Below, piece by piece: positions 23,425 through 34,214 of a stretch of DNA of 64,000 bases. This DNA is from an uncultured candidatus Porisulfidus sp. (GTDB taxonomy: Bacteria > Pseudomonadota > Gammaproteobacteria > Poriferisulfidales > Poriferisulfidaceae): contig OZ241993.1 in the NCBI GenBank assembly GCA_965204575.1, positions 800,001 to 864,000 on the forward strand, in the 5' to 3' direction. Both the position numbers and the translations under genes were made by a program. The stretch's first letter is position 1. Each line of letters begins with the position of its first letter. A model generated the notes under the pieces. It made no database searches. It saw only the letters and a program-made list of their open reading frames with translations, and was not told where the DNA came from.

Positions 23425-23664
23425 ATGGCAGACGAGCCGGAAAACCAAGAAACCGAAGAAGAAGACGATCCCAACACCCTGCGCCTGGAGGCTCGGGAGT
23501 ACGATACGATCGGACTGATCCACTGCGGCGTGACCCGTGAAGGCCTGGTGGCGATCGGCGGGCAACAGTTCAACGTTGAGGATGGCGAGGAACAGACTGC
23601 CGAGCACGTCGGAATTACGGTGCGACGCGAAGGCGAACAGTACACTTTCTCAAAATCAGCCTAG
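23425..23664 (+). CDS. Small acidic hypothetical protein
   Basis: AGGAG upstream of ATG, host-like codon usage, fills the gap between tRNA-Gln and argB. Confidence 0.6.
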   Translation: MADEPENQETEEEDDPNTLRLEAREYDTIGLIHCGVTREGLVAIGGQQFNVEDGEEQTAEHVGITVRREGEQYTFSKSA

Positions 23665-23707
23665 GCAATGTGAAACGGGGCACCGTCCCGGTGCTCCGCC
23701 GAAACAA

Positions 23708-24607
23708 TCAGGATGCGGAGTCGGCAGAGATTAACGTGCCGATGCCCTCGCGCGTGAAGACTTCCAGCACGACGGCATGCGGGGTTCGGCCGTCGATGAT
23801 GTGCGCGGTGTGGACGCCGGCCTTCAACGCATCCAGCACGCAACGGGTCTTGGGCACCATGCCGTCGCGGATCGTGCCATCCTCGATCAGGGATTCGATG
23901 GCTTCTGAATCCAGGTTGGTCAGGAGTTCCCCCTTGGCATCCAGTACTCCGGTCTGGTTGGTCAGGATCATCAGTTTTTCGGCTTTGAGCGCGACGGCCA
24001 TGTGGCTGGCGACGGTGTCCGCGTTGATGTTGTAACTCTCGCCGTCGGCCCCGACTCCGACCGGAGCGATCACCGGAATCTTCCCGCTGTCCTCCAGTTC
24101 CTGGATCGGTCCGGGATCGATGCTCGCCACCGTTCCGGTATGGCCGAGATCAATGATTTCAGGCGCATTCATGTCCGGAGAGAACTGCTTCAACTTGAGC
24201 CGCTTGGCATGAATGAAGCCGCCCCGCTTGCCGGTGACACCGGCAGCACGCCCCCCGTGCTGGTTAATCAGGTCGACGATTTCCGTGTTGATGACGTCGC
24301 CGAGCACCTTCTCCACCACGTCCATGGTTTGCCGGTCGGTGACCCGCACGCCGTCGACAAACCGGCTCTCTATGCCGAGCTCTTCCAGGTGCTGCCCGAT
24401 CTGCGGGCCTCCGCCATGTACGACGACGGGCTTGATGCCCACATGCTGCATCAACACCAGGTCGCGTGCGAAACTGCTTTTCAGCGTTTCATCGACCATC
24501 GCGTTGCCGCCGTACTTGATGACGACGGACCGCCCGGCAAAGGCCTGGATGTAGGGCAGGGCCTCGACGAGGACGTGAACGGTCTGCTGGGCGGATTGCC
24601 GGTCCAT
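23708..24607 (-). CDS. argB: Acetylglutamate kinase
   Basis: [43 protein letters not shown]. Confidence 0.97.
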   Translation of the reverse strand: MDRQSAQQTVHVLVEALPYIQAFAGRSVVIKYGGNAMVDETLKSSFARDLVLMQHVGIKPVVVHGGGPQIGQHLEELGIESRFVDGVRVTDRQTMDVVEKVLGDVINTEIVDLINQHGGRAAGVTGKRGGFIHAKRLKLKQFSPDMNAPEIIDLGHTGTVASIDPGPIQELEDSGKIPVIAPVGVGADGESYNINADTVASHMAVALKAEKLMILTNQTGVLDAKGELLTNLDSEAIESLIEDGTIRDGMVPKTRCVLDALKAGVHTAHIIDGRTPHAVVLEVFTREGIGTLISADSAS

Positions 24608-24626
24608 GTTGTTTTGCCCGGACGGG

Positions 24627-25475
24627 CTATTGGAAATACCTCAACAGTCTCAGCTTCAGACCGGTTTCCCGGGCATCCGCCTCCTGAGAAATTTCGATGT
24701 GGGGTGCTTGGCTGCCATCGAGCGCGCTGAAGACTTCTTTGTCATACTCGCTGTGGTACGCCTCGACCTGCAGACCCATTTGTTCGGCAACCGACGTGTG
24801 TACGCCTGCCCCGAAAGTCCAGGCAGTATAGTCCCGGTCGATTTTGTCGGCTCCCCTTGCATAGGATTCATCTTCCATTCCGTTCAGGCATCCACCGTCT
24901 GCGGAACACCCTTCGTAGGTAAGGGTCAATTCACCCTTGACCCGATGAACGGCCGCCAGAACGTAGAGCCCGGAATCCTCCCCGAGCGCGGCGGTGAGAA
25001 AGTCGGGCTGTCCGCCCAGCCTGAAGCTCAGGCCGTGACTGCGATCTTTTTCGAAAGTCCAGAAATCCGGCCAACCCTCTCCGGATTGGGGCCAACCCGG
25101 GTCGTCTGCCCCTCCTGCCGCCCTGGCGGAAGCATCCTTGATCCAAGGCAACCGGCCCCGCGCCTTCCCGCTGTGATAAGCCAAGCCGACTTCACCGCTC
25201 CAGTACAGGCCCCCGTAGTGGAGGGGGTACTGGTACCCGGCCACGATCCCGAAACCGCTTCCTGTTTCGGTGTCGGAATCCCGGTTGGGGAAGATTCGGC
25301 CCATGGAAGGGGTCCCGTTGCTCGGGTGGGTGTTGTCCGTCGTCTTTGAAAAGGCGGCATCCAGGTTTTCCGCCGCAGCGGAAAGGCCCACATAGAACCC
25401 CTCGTCCATGGCCGAGGAGAGTCCGGGCGCAAGGGTCGACGCGGCGGCGAAGATCAAGGCTTTGGCTCTGTACAT
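24627..25475 (-). CDS. Outer-membrane beta-barrel protein
   Basis: Signal peptide, GFYVG start, alternating beta-strands, C-terminal LLRYF. Confidence 0.65.
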   Translation of the reverse strand: MYRAKALIFAAASTLAPGLSSAMDEGFYVGLSAAAENLDAAFSKTTDNTHPSNGTPSMGRIFPNRDSDTETGSGFGIVAGYQYPLHYGGLYWSGEVGLAYHSGKARGRLPWIKDASARAAGGADDPGWPQSGEGWPDFWTFEKDRSHGLSFRLGGQPDFLTAALGEDSGLYVLAAVHRVKGELTLTYEGCSADGGCLNGMEDESYARGADKIDRDYTAWTFGAGVHTSVAEQMGLQVEAYHSEYDKEVFSALDGSQAPHIEISQEADARETGLKLRLLRYFQ

Positions 25476-25556
25476 TTTTCAATCCGGTTCGGCCCGAAGA
25501 CTCCCGTACGCGGATGGCCCGAAGATCGTGTCAGAAAAGGTGGATCGACTGCGAAG

Positions 25557-25633
25557 TGGTCGGAGTGAGAGGATTTGAACCTCCGGCCCCTGCCTCCCGA
25601 AGGCAGTGCTCTACCAGGCTGAGCTACACTCCG
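25557..25633 (-). tRNA. tRNA-Pro(CGG)
   Basis: CGGAGTGTAGCTCAGCCTGGTAGAGC...TTCGGGA...GGTTCAAATCC...CCA. Confidence 0.95.
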
Positions 25634-25713
25634 AAACCTCAGGTCGGCGCATTTTACACCCGCCCGCAGACAAAAGCGTGCGCAACGCTTCGACTCCCGG
25701 TTGCTTCAAGGAC

Positions 25714-25747
25714 AAAAAAGCCCGCCGGCAGAACCTGCCGGCGGGCC
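25714..25747 (-). terminator. Rho-independent terminator after hsp20
   Basis: GCCCGCCGGCAG-loop-CTGCCGGCGGGC followed by TTTTTT on minus strand. Confidence 0.85.
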
Positions 25748-25765
25748 GGTTTGAAACCCGTTGGA

Positions 25766-26203
25766 TCAGTTGGCCTGAACCGTGATGCGCCGGGGCTGGG
25801 GAGCGGCGTGCTTGCCGATTCGGACATGCAGCACTCCGTCCTTGCCGTGCGCCTCGATGGCGTCCGGGTCGACGTCGGCCGGCAGCTGGAAACTGCGTCG
25901 GAACGCGCCATAGACGCGTTCGGTCCGACGATAGCGCTTCTCGTCGCCTTCACCGGTATCGGTTTCAGCCAGGCGTTCGCCCTTGATGTGCAGAACGTCG
26001 CCGTCCAGGCTGATCTCCACGTCTTCCGGCTTGACGCCGGGCAGGTCGGCCGTCACCAGGTAGTGTTCGCCACGGTCCTCGAAATCAACCGCAGGAACCC
26101 AGCTCGACTGGATCTGGCCTCCAGCGCCGTGCGTCAGGCCATCGAACAGTTGGTTCCAACGGCCCAGCGTCTCGAACGGGTCGAAATAAATGCTCGGATG
26201 CAT
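25766..26203 (-). CDS. Hsp20/alpha-crystallin small heat-shock protein
   Basis: WVPAVD, ADLPGV, ERVYGAFRRSFQLP, A...DGVL.V.I. Confidence 0.93.
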   Translation of the reverse strand: MHPSIYFDPFETLGRWNQLFDGLTHGAGGQIQSSWVPAVDFEDRGEHYLVTADLPGVKPEDVEISLDGDVLHIKGERLAETDTGEGDEKRYRRTERVYGAFRRSFQLPADVDPDAIEAHGKDGVLHVRIGKHAAPQPRRITVQAN

Positions 26204-26264
26204 GATTTACCTCCTGTTTGCCATCCTTACCCACCTCATTTAATAAGGTGGGGCACGGAGGATT

Positions 26265-26763
26265 TCAAGAGGCAGGGGTCGTCGGCTCGAAGCGTCCCTG
26301 CTCCCGGTTTTTCCGGACCTGGTCGTGCGGGAACAGTTGCCCGCCCATGGCGATGTAGGCACCGGGGTCTGCGGTCAGTGCGGCGGCAATGGCGAAGCCG
26401 AGGTTGAACGGGGCGTCGGTCTGGCGGAACCGGGCCGGGTTCATGGCCCCGGTCAGCACGATGGTCTTGTCCGGGATGTCGGCTAGCACCGCGGCGGATT
26501 CCGCCATGGTGTCGGTGCCATGGATCACCACGAGTCGCGAGGCTCTGCAACTGGCCGCAGCCGTGCGCAGGGTCTGGCGGTCGTCGTCGGTCATGTCCAG
26601 GCTGTCCTTGCGCATCACCTCGATCAACTCCCAGCCGTCCTGCATGCCGGCTTCGGCCAGGATATCCGGTGCGCAGGGCGCTCCGATGCTGTAGTCACTC
26701 AGGGCGTCGTAGTAGACCTTATCGAAGGTTCCTCCGCAGGTCAGGATGGCGAGTGGAATCATT
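26265..26763 (-). CDS. Short asparaginase-domain protein
   Basis: TCGGTFDK, HGTDTM, VLTGAM.PA, DAPFNLG; start uncertain (26763 or 26789). Confidence 0.85.
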
Positions 26764-26831
26764 TTCGTGCCATACGGAAACGGCGCCACTTTAACATGTC
26801 CCCGGAAGAGACCATCGGGAAAAGGTTGCGT

Positions 26832-28086
26832 TCACTGATTCGGCTCCGACCATAAGCTGCTGACAGGCAGGGCAAACAGGTTCTCCCCGAATGCAAGTTT
26901 TTGTTCTCCGAGGTAGAAGAGGATGCAGGTGACCGGCCGAGTCTTGCCGGGACCCTCGGTCGAGAACCAAGCCATGTGGCCGAAGTCTTGCCAACTCACC
27001 GAGGAGGCCGCTTTGACCTCAAAGGCGACCAGGCGGTTCCCGCTCTCGGCGAGGACATCGATTTCGCGGCCTCGCTGGTCGCGCCAGTGATAAAAATTGA
27101 AGCCATGCTCCTGATAGGGTTCGGATCGGAGAAGTTCGGCGAATACGAAACTCTCCAGCAGTCCGCCCAACGCTGTCGGGTTGGCATCGGCGTCGAAGGT
27201 TTCCGGGGTCAGGCTGCGTAAGGCTGCCGCCATTCCAGTGTCCACGAAATGGTTTTTGGCGCTGCGGATTTCGCGGGAATGCTCGCCCGACGCCCAGGCA
27301 CCAAGCTTCACGATGATAGAAAGCCGGAGCAGGACATCCAGATACTGTTCAATCGTCAGGCGCTGTACGCCGATCAGTTTGCAGAGTTGTGCGACATTAA
27401 GTATTTCGCCGGTGCGTACAGCCAGTTGCGCAATCAGTTTTCGCAATGCGTCAGTTTTCCGGACGCGAAGCAGGTCCGCGACATCACGGTCGACGATGGT
27501 GTCGACATGATCCCGGTAGGCGGCCTGTCTCGGTTTGAGGGGAATGCTCCTGGTTTCTGGAAAGCCGCCTCTGAGTATGAGGTCGATGTAATCGGCACGC
27601 GGGGTGGATTCCGGTTCCGGCAGGTCCGGCAGGTCTGGGTTCTTCGAGATGGCCCAGTCGAGAATGCAGGAAGGCGGGCGTGATTTGATTTCCGCGACCG
27701 TCAGGGGCCAAAGCTTCAGCATCCGCATGCGGCCGGCAAGCGAGTCTGCCACCTTCATGGTAGCGAATACATTGGAAGATCCGGTCAGGACGAATTGGCC
27801 TGCCTGCCGGCGCGCATCAACCATCATCTTGATCGCAAGCGCCATGTTGCCCGATCGTTGTGCCTCATCAATGACCAAGGGCCGATCCTCAAGCCGGTCA
27901 GTCAATGTGCCGATTTGACCAACCGGATCCCTTGCCATGGCATCGAGAACCGCCGGATCATCCAGCGTGATGAACCTGCCCGTCTGCAGGATGTCCCGGA
28001 CCAACGTGGTCTTCCCGACCCGTCTCGGACCGGTGACGTTCACCACGGAGGAATAAGCCAGAGCCGACCGAAGTTCGGCAATCATG
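26832..28086 (-). CDS. AAA ATPase with DUF4143 / C-terminal nuclease-like domain
   Basis: GPRRVGKTT, IDEAQR, LTGSS, SLAGR, GGFPE, DTG, GGLLESFV, WRD..GREID, EVK; start uncertain. Confidence 0.88.
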
Positions 28087-28165
28087 TGGCGGGGCAGGAG
28101 ATGATTTTGGTCAGTCACTCGGAACCCGATTCCGGTGGACGAACGCCTGTCTGGCGGCAATGGGG

Positions 28166-28257
28166 AAAATTATACTATAAATGTGGTGAAAGTGATAGTA
28201 TAAAGTCAGGTAAAATTATAGTTAGTGCATGGTTAAAGTGATCGTTTATAGAAAGGG
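28166..28257. repeat. Four degenerate 23-bp tandem repeats
   Basis: Units at 28166, 28189, 28212, 28235 beginning AAAATTATAC / AAAGTGATAG / AAAATTATAG / AAAGTGATCG. Confidence 0.65.
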
Positions 28258-28328
28258 CTGGCATTTCCTTCCCCCACGCGACCGAAAACGGATTCTCCAG
28301 AGACATCGCTTTGGCAGTGGTCCAAAGC

Positions 28329-29696
28329 TCAATCCGCCCTGCGGTCCTGCCGGGTTTTCCAGGCATTGAATTGCGGCAGGCGCAAGTGATACCGGGCCAG
28401 CACACCTTCGTGCAGACGGCGCAGTTCCTCGATCACCAGTGCGGCTAGGTCTTCGTGTTCGGATGGTTTCATTCCGGTCGGAATGGCTTTTTCTACAGCG
28501 GTAACCGTTTCGGTCTCCGGGCTGAGAACCACTTCCCGGACAATTCGCTTGACGGCTTTTCCGTGTCGGAGACGGAAGGGGTCCGGTTCCGCCAGGTCCT
28601 GCCGGAGAGCCCGGTACTCTCGCACGGACCGTTCGTAAGCCCAGAGATAGAGATCCCTCAATAGTTCCACCCGTGTCATTTCGTACACGCCCAAGGTGGC
28701 TTGACTGTATGCGGAATCGGGAACGTCGAGAAACGTCAGCGGGCACAGGTTCGCACGGACCAGCGGAAGGTTTGCGGCGAGGCGCGAAGTGCGCTTGTTC
28801 ACGTCGGAGAACGGCTGGAGGTAGGGCAGGTGCACCATCATGAAGAATGACTGCTCGAACGGGTCCGAGATCTGCCGCGCCTTGGCCAGCAGGGAGTCCA
28901 GGATTTCGCTGAGGTGCATCTCGCCGGACACCGGTCGATAGACACTCTTGCCGATTTCGACCTGGTGTCGCCGGATTCTCCCTTCGTCGTCGGGATTCGG
29001 AAGCAGGTTTTCCGACAAGGCGCCGTGCAGGTTGAACAAGGTGTAGCGATTGAAATCCATGGCCCCGGTGTTCTCCACGAGCAGTTCGATGGCCGCCTTG
29101 TGGTTCAGGATCATCTGGGTCTCGGTCGCGGCCTTCCCTTCGGCCGCCTTGCCGTGCTGGATGAGATTGAGCGTGTCCAGTCGGCTGTACGTGTTTCCTT
29201 CCAAATGGCTGGATGCCCACGACAGGTCGATCAGGAAGCGGTTCAAAACACTCCTGCCGTGGGTGCCGGCCGGCCGGGATGCCTGTCCGGTATCGCCCAT
29301 TCTCCGCAGTTGCTGCCGAATCGGGGCAGGAAGATAGTGACTTGTGTTTGGTTCGTAGACATCAAGAAAATCTCGCTGATACCCGACGGGAGACCGGGCT
29401 TCGAGCGGCTGGCTGATGTAGTGGGCGATGTCCTGACTGTCCGGGGACAGGGGGATGTGCTTCGGCTGGTCGTCAAATCCCCCCTGTGCCGTGCCCGGAC
29501 TCTGCGCCGGAAGGGCCAGATATTTCCGTGAGCGGCCCTCGCCTTGCGCAAGGGCCTTGCCCTCGGCGACCAGCCGGCTCAGATGGCGCTGGGCGGTTCT
29601 CCTCGTCGCTTCGGGAGACACGGCCAGCAGGTCGGAAACCGACATCGGCTCCGACGATTTGAGTAGGATCTCGTGAATCCGGGACAGACTGTCCAT
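28329..29696 (-). CDS. Fic-domain protein with N-terminal HTH
   Basis: N-terminal RRTAQRHLSRLV HTH, SSHLEGNTY, variant Fic motif YLQPFSDVNKRTSR; start set at MDSL. Confidence 0.87.
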   Translation of the reverse strand: MDSLSRIHEILLKSSEPMSVSDLLAVSPEATRRTAQRHLSRLVAEGKALAQGEGRSRKYLALPAQSPGTAQGGFDDQPKHIPLSPDSQDIAHYISQPLEARSPVGYQRDFLDVYEPNTSHYLPAPIRQQLRRMGDTGQASRPAGTHGRSVLNRFLIDLSWASSHLEGNTYSRLDTLNLIQHGKAAEGKAATETQMILNHKAAIELLVENTGAMDFNRYTLFNLHGALSENLLPNPDDEGRIRRHQVEIGKSVYRPVSGEMHLSEILDSLLAKARQISDPFEQSFFMMVHLPYLQPFSDVNKRTSRLAANLPLVRANLCPLTFLDVPDSAYSQATLGVYEMTRVELLRDLYLWAYERSVREYRALRQDLAEPDPFRLRHGKAVKRIVREVVLSPETETVTAVEKAIPTGMKPSEHEDLAALVIEELRRLHEGVLARYHLRLPQFNAWKTRQDRRAD

Positions 29697-29764
29697 AAAA
29701 ACCTTCCGCCTGAATGGCGCGATTATAACAGAAAATGGCACAATAATGCAAGAGGGCTGGCGCA

Positions 29765-29798
29765 AATATGGCGCATTTACTTTTATTCGCGCCATATT
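29765..29798. promoter_or_regulatory. Inverted repeat upstream of fic, putative operator
   Basis: AATATGGCGC-N14-GCGCCATATT. Confidence 0.5.
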
Positions 29799-29846
29799 CC
29801 AGGTGGTATTGGACGGGATTCGGGGCAGGAGAAAACCGCCCCGGTT

Positions 29847-30692
29847 CTATTCGATGTTTTGTATCTGCTCGCGCATCTGTTCCACCAGCACCTTGATGGC
29901 CAGCGCTGCATTGGTGGTTTCGACATCCGGCGCCTTGGAGGCCAGCGTGTTCGCTTCGCGCGTGAATTCCTGCATCAGGAAGTCCAACTTTCGTCCTTGC
30001 GCCCCGCCCGCTTTCAGGGCAGCCCGGGTTTCTTCAAGATGGCTGTCGAGCCGGGCCAGCTCCTCGTCCACATCGGCACGCATCACCTGGACCGCGATTT
30101 CCTCTTCCACCCGCTGGGCGTCGACCGCGGCCTGCAATTCCTTCAGGCGTGCCTGCCAGCGTTCGCGCAGGGCCTGCTGTATGGCAGGACGTTTGGACTT
30201 CAGCGCCACGACCTGCCGCTCGACTTCCTGCAGCTGCTCGCGCAGGACGCCCGCCAAGCGTTCGCCTTCGCTTTCCCGCTGCCGGATGAACGCGTCCAGG
30301 GCTTCGTCAAATGCCTGCTGGACCGTAGGCGCCAGTGCGGTGTCGGGAGCAGAAGCGGCGCTCCAGACCGCGGGCAGGTTCAGTACGTGGGCCGGGTCGG
30401 AGTGGGGGAACAGGCGTCGGCAGGTGCTGACCAGGCGGCGCAGTTGCGCCTGATCGAGGTACCCGTCGGCGGGTTCACCTGCCGCTCGTCGGAAACTGGC
30501 CGTGACATCAACCTTGCCGCGGGAACAGGCCTTGCGCAACTGCTCGCGCCAGAGAGGCTCCAGCCCGGCACACTCCCGGGCAAGATGGAACCCCGGTTGC
30601 AGGTAGCGGTGATTGACGGATCGGATTTCGACCACCATCTGCCCGCGCCCGACTTTCGTCTCGGCGCGGGCAAACGCGGTCATGCTGCGCAT
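29847..30692 (-). CDS. yicC: YicC/YloC-family endoribonuclease
   Basis: RSMTAF, EIRSVNHRYL, DVDEEL.RL.SH, GRKLDFLMQE..REANTL.SK, EQMREQIQNIE. Confidence 0.95.
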   Translation of the reverse strand: MRSMTAFARAETKVGRGQMVVEIRSVNHRYLQPGFHLARECAGLEPLWREQLRKACSRGKVDVTASFRRAAGEPADGYLDQAQLRRLVSTCRRLFPHSDPAHVLNLPAVWSAASAPDTALAPTVQQAFDEALDAFIRQRESEGERLAGVLREQLQEVERQVVALKSKRPAIQQALRERWQARLKELQAAVDAQRVEEEIAVQVMRADVDEELARLDSHLEETRAALKAGGAQGRKLDFLMQEFTREANTLASKAPDVETTNAALAIKVLVEQMREQIQNIE

Positions 30693-30727
30693 CGTGCCGA
30701 AAACCGGCTGCGTCAGTGCAAAACAGC

Positions 30728-32140
30728 TTACAGGCTGTAGTACATATCGAACTCGACCGGATGCGTGGCCGCCCGGAGACGGGTCACTTCCTCGCGCTTG
30801 AGTTCGATGTAGCCATCAATGGCGTCGTCATTGAAGACGTCGCCAACCTTGAGGAAGTCGCGGTTGGCGTCCAGCTCATCCAGCGCCTGGTCCAGCGAAT
30901 GGCACACGTGCGGGATGGCGGCTTCCTCTTCCGGCGGCAGGTCGTACAGGTCCTTGTCCATCGGCTCGCCCGGATCGATCTTGTTCCGGATCCCGTCAAG
31001 ACCGGCCATCAGCATGGAGGCATAGGTTAGATACGGGTTGCCGCAGGAATCGCCGAAGCGGACTTCAAGGCGACGCTGCTGCGGGTGCGAGACGAACGGG
31101 ATGCGGACCGCCGCCGAGCGGTTGCGTGCGGAGTAGGCCAGCAGCACCGGCGCCTCAAAACCCGGCACCAGCCGCTTGTAGCTGTTGGTGGTGGAGTTGG
31201 CGAACGCATTCAGCACCCGTGCATGCTTCAGGATGCCCCCGATGTAGTGCAGGGCCATGTCCGACAGCCCCCCGACGCCGTCGCCGGCGAACAGGTTCTT
31301 GCCGTCCTTGCTCAGCGACTGGTGCACGTGCATGCCGTTGCCGTTGTCGCCGACCAGGGGTTTTGGCATGAAGGTCGCGGTCTTGCCGAAGTTGTGCGCG
31401 ACGTTCATGACCACATACTTGAGGATCTGGTTCATGTCTGCGCGACGCACCAGGGAGTCGAAGCGGGTACCGATCTCGCACTGCCCGGCGGTGGCGACCT
31501 CGTGGTGGTGAACCTCGACCGGAACGCCCATGTCTTCCAGCGTCTCGCACATGACGGAGCGGATGTCCTGCAGGCTGTCGACCGGCGGCACCGGGAAGTA
31601 CCCGCCCTTGGGTCCCGGGCGGTGGCCGATGTTCGAGTCCTCGAAATCCTCGCGGTCCGAATTCCAGCAGCCTTCGTCCGAATCCACCTCGTACATGCAA
31701 CGGTGCATTTCATCCGCCCAGCGCGCGCTGTCGAAGATGAAGAATTCAGGCTCCGGGCCGAAATACGCGGTATCGGCAAGGCCCGTGGACTTGAGGTATT
31801 CCTCGGCCTTCTTGGCGATGCCGCGGGTGTCGCGTGCGTAGGGGCGCATGGTGGTCGGCTCGATCACGTCGCAACGCAACAGCAGGGTCGTTTCGGTGTA
31901 GAACGGATCCATGACCGCGGTGCTCGGGTCCGGCATGAGGATCATGTCGGATTCGTTGATGCCTTTCCAACCTGCGATCGAGGATCCGTCGAACATCTTT
32001 CCATGTTCGAAGGTGTCTTCGTCGACGACGCTGGCCGGCACGGAGACATGCTGTTCCTTGCCGCGGGTGTCGGTGAAGCGGAAGTCGATGAAACGGACGT
32101 CCGACTCTTCAATTGTCTTGAGAATTTCTTCAGGGCTCAT
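30728..32140 (-). CDS. glnA: Glutamine synthetase type I
   Basis: [49 protein letters not shown] adenylylation site. Confidence 0.98.
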   Translation of the reverse strand: MSPEEILKTIEESDVRFIDFRFTDTRGKEQHVSVPASVVDEDTFEHGKMFDGSSIAGWKGINESDMILMPDPSTAVMDPFYTETTLLLRCDVIEPTTMRPYARDTRGIAKKAEEYLKSTGLADTAYFGPEPEFFIFDSARWADEMHRCMYEVDSDEGCWNSDREDFEDSNIGHRPGPKGGYFPVPPVDSLQDIRSVMCETLEDMGVPVEVHHHEVATAGQCEIGTRFDSLVRRADMNQILKYVVMNVAHNFGKTATFMPKPLVGDNGNGMHVHQSLSKDGKNLFAGDGVGGLSDMALHYIGGILKHARVLNAFANSTTNSYKRLVPGFEAPVLLAYSARNRSAAVRIPFVSHPQQRRLEVRFGDSCGNPYLTYASMLMAGLDGIRNKIDPGEPMDKDLYDLPPEEEAAIPHVCHSLDQALDELDANRDFLKVGDVFNDDAIDGYIELKREEVTRLRAATHPVEFDMYYSL

Positions 32141-32300
32141 AGCTCAGGCTCCAGAGTAGCGAATTCAAGCACGGGGAAACACAGCGAAACGCCCACCTGC
32201 GCCCGATTGGGTTCAACCAGACACATTGGTGCGTCTAACGCAATCCCCTGTGAGCGGGCATTATACATACTAAACCCGCCTTTTTTCTCCGGATGGGCCT

Positions 32301-33983
32301 TTATTCGTAGTCCTCGTAAAGGGAGATCAGGAAACTCACCAGCGGCTGGATGTCGTTCGGCGTGATCCAGACCTCCCGCAGCTCGGGAGCCACATTCCGG
32401 ATTGTCCCGTTCCGGCTGTTTGCGGAGGCTGCGATGTAGAACGCGACCGAGGCATGCAGGTCGCTGACCTGGCCGTTGTGCATATAGGGGGCCGAATGGC
32501 CCAGATCCCTCAACGTCGGGGTTTTGAATGCCGCGATTGACTGTTCGAGGGCTTGGTCTGCGGTCTTGCAGCCCGCCCCGTTTTGACAGAACGAGCGGTG
32601 CAGGGGTTCCTGGGCGTTCGGGTAATCTTCGTTCATGAAGATGTTCCAGGCACCCAGGTCCGTCGCCATCGGCTCGGATTCCGATGCGGGTCTGCGGAAC
32701 AGGCCCTGCCGGTCCGGGTTCGCGGCGGTTGCAGGCAGGTAGATGTCCGCCTGCTCGTTGCGCTGTCCGATTGTCGGGATCAGCAGTTTCCAGAACGAAC
32801 CTTGTCCGTGGATGGCTTCATATTCCACTTGGGTCACGCCGATGTTGTGAAAACCGAAATCCGTGAAATGCGGGGCCGCGTGGCAGGATCCGCAGTTTCC
32901 GGCACCGCGTTCGACAGCAGGTTTCCGGTTGAAGAAAACCTGCAGCCCCTGCAGTTCGATTTCACCGAACCGGTAGGGCTGGTCATGGAACCGGAATCCG
33001 CCATCCTCCGTCGCAGGATTGCGTTTCACGAATTGCAGTTCGCCGCTTTCGTCGAGCGAGTCGATTCGCGTCAGCAACCGGTCGCTGTAGTCCTCGTCCG
33101 ATTCGCCCTCGTCCGGGCGGACGGGCAGGCCGTTGATCGACAGAAACCGATCGTAAGGTGAAAGGATGTCCTCCTCTTTAGAGAATTTCAGATCGGCGAG
33201 ATAGTGTTCGATCAGGTTGGCTACGCCGACCAGGATCTCATCGCAAGAACTTCCCGCCACGTCTACGCGCAGCCCTGCTGCGATCCGGTGCGGTTCAGGC
33301 AATGCTTCCCCGGATCCCGAAACGCCGGAGAACACTTCAGAGTAACTGAATCCACCGAATTCTTTCGCCAATGCGCCCGTCCCGTCGTCTTTCCGGATGA
33401 CTTCGCAGGCATGGCGTGCGGCGAGGCCGCCCTCGCTGGGTAGCCAGCCTAGGTTACGTCCCGTGAGCGTGGCGATAATCACTTCCCGAGCCGAGGCAAA
33501 CTCCCCGTCGACATGTAGCAGGAAGGGATCTCTTGGCGCCAGGGAACCTACCAGCACCGGCGAATTCCGCACGGTCACGGATTGCCCGTCGTTCCGTTCA
33601 GGCACGGGGCTCCGGGAGGCAAAATCGTTGTAGGCGCGCATACCGAGTTCTTGCTGTCCGACATGCTCGTCCACTAGGTGGCAGGTTCGGCAGTTGTAGG
33701 ACAAGCCCTCGAATGGGCCAGTCGCGAACGGGACCTGATAGGGCGGAAGCCCGAAGAACCGGTACGTCTTCTCCAGTTTCGGGTCGCCTTCGTCAAGCGG
33801 TTCGTTGATGTCGCCGCCGCGGGTCACGAAATCATGAAAACGCTGGGCGAACCGGGTCTCGAGGAACAAGCGTTCTCCATGGAAGACTTCGGCGGGATCG
33901 GGTGCCGGCACTTCACCGGCTTGCGCAAAACCGCCAAGGCCCGAAACGGCCGCTGCAGCGAAAAGAATAACGCGAAAGTTCAT
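32301..33983 (-). CDS. Secreted di-heme cytochrome c of the bCcP/MauG superfamily
   Basis: Signal peptide, GERLF, CRTCH, RNSP, CGSCH..P.FTD..FHNIG, FKTPTLRDL..SAPYMHNG. Confidence 0.85.
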   Translation of the reverse strand: MNFRVILFAAAAVSGLGGFAQAGEVPAPDPAEVFHGERLFLETRFAQRFHDFVTRGGDINEPLDEGDPKLEKTYRFFGLPPYQVPFATGPFEGLSYNCRTCHLVDEHVGQQELGMRAYNDFASRSPVPERNDGQSVTVRNSPVLVGSLAPRDPFLLHVDGEFASAREVIIATLTGRNLGWLPSEGGLAARHACEVIRKDDGTGALAKEFGGFSYSEVFSGVSGSGEALPEPHRIAAGLRVDVAGSSCDEILVGVANLIEHYLADLKFSKEEDILSPYDRFLSINGLPVRPDEGESDEDYSDRLLTRIDSLDESGELQFVKRNPATEDGGFRFHDQPYRFGEIELQGLQVFFNRKPAVERGAGNCGSCHAAPHFTDFGFHNIGVTQVEYEAIHGQGSFWKLLIPTIGQRNEQADIYLPATAANPDRQGLFRRPASESEPMATDLGAWNIFMNEDYPNAQEPLHRSFCQNGAGCKTADQALEQSIAAFKTPTLRDLGHSAPYMHNGQVSDLHASVAFYIAASANSRNGTIRNVAPELREVWITPNDIQPLVSFLISLYEDYE

Positions 33984-34071
33984 GGGAGGCGCAGTCAGGT
34001 GCGGCGACAGGTCGCCAGCTTGTCCGGGGCCCCGATTTTCCCTTTCGAAGCTCCCGAGGCAAACGGAAATT

Positions 34072-34214
34072 CTACTCGACCGGCGTGACCGGCTCCTCTA
34101 CGGCGGGATACTTCAAGGTGAGTTCGCCGCCCAGGTCTATGGCGTGCGGGTTCTTTTCGCCCTTCTCCGTCAGGTCGATGGCCACGTGATCGTCGTACTT
34201 GCCCTTGGGGAATT
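34072..34214 (-). pseudogene. 3' fragment of the secreted-protein gene split by the TnpB element
   Basis: Manual translation FPKGKYDDHVAIDLTEKGEKNPHAIDLGGELTLKYPAVEEPVTPVE* with host-like codon usage; joins in frame with the 35518+ fragment. Confidence 0.8.

Noticed and set aside
32160-32300. NtrC or sigma54 sites upstream of glnA
   Set aside because: Only weak partial matches; a TATAAT is present but without a convincing -35 or -24/-12.
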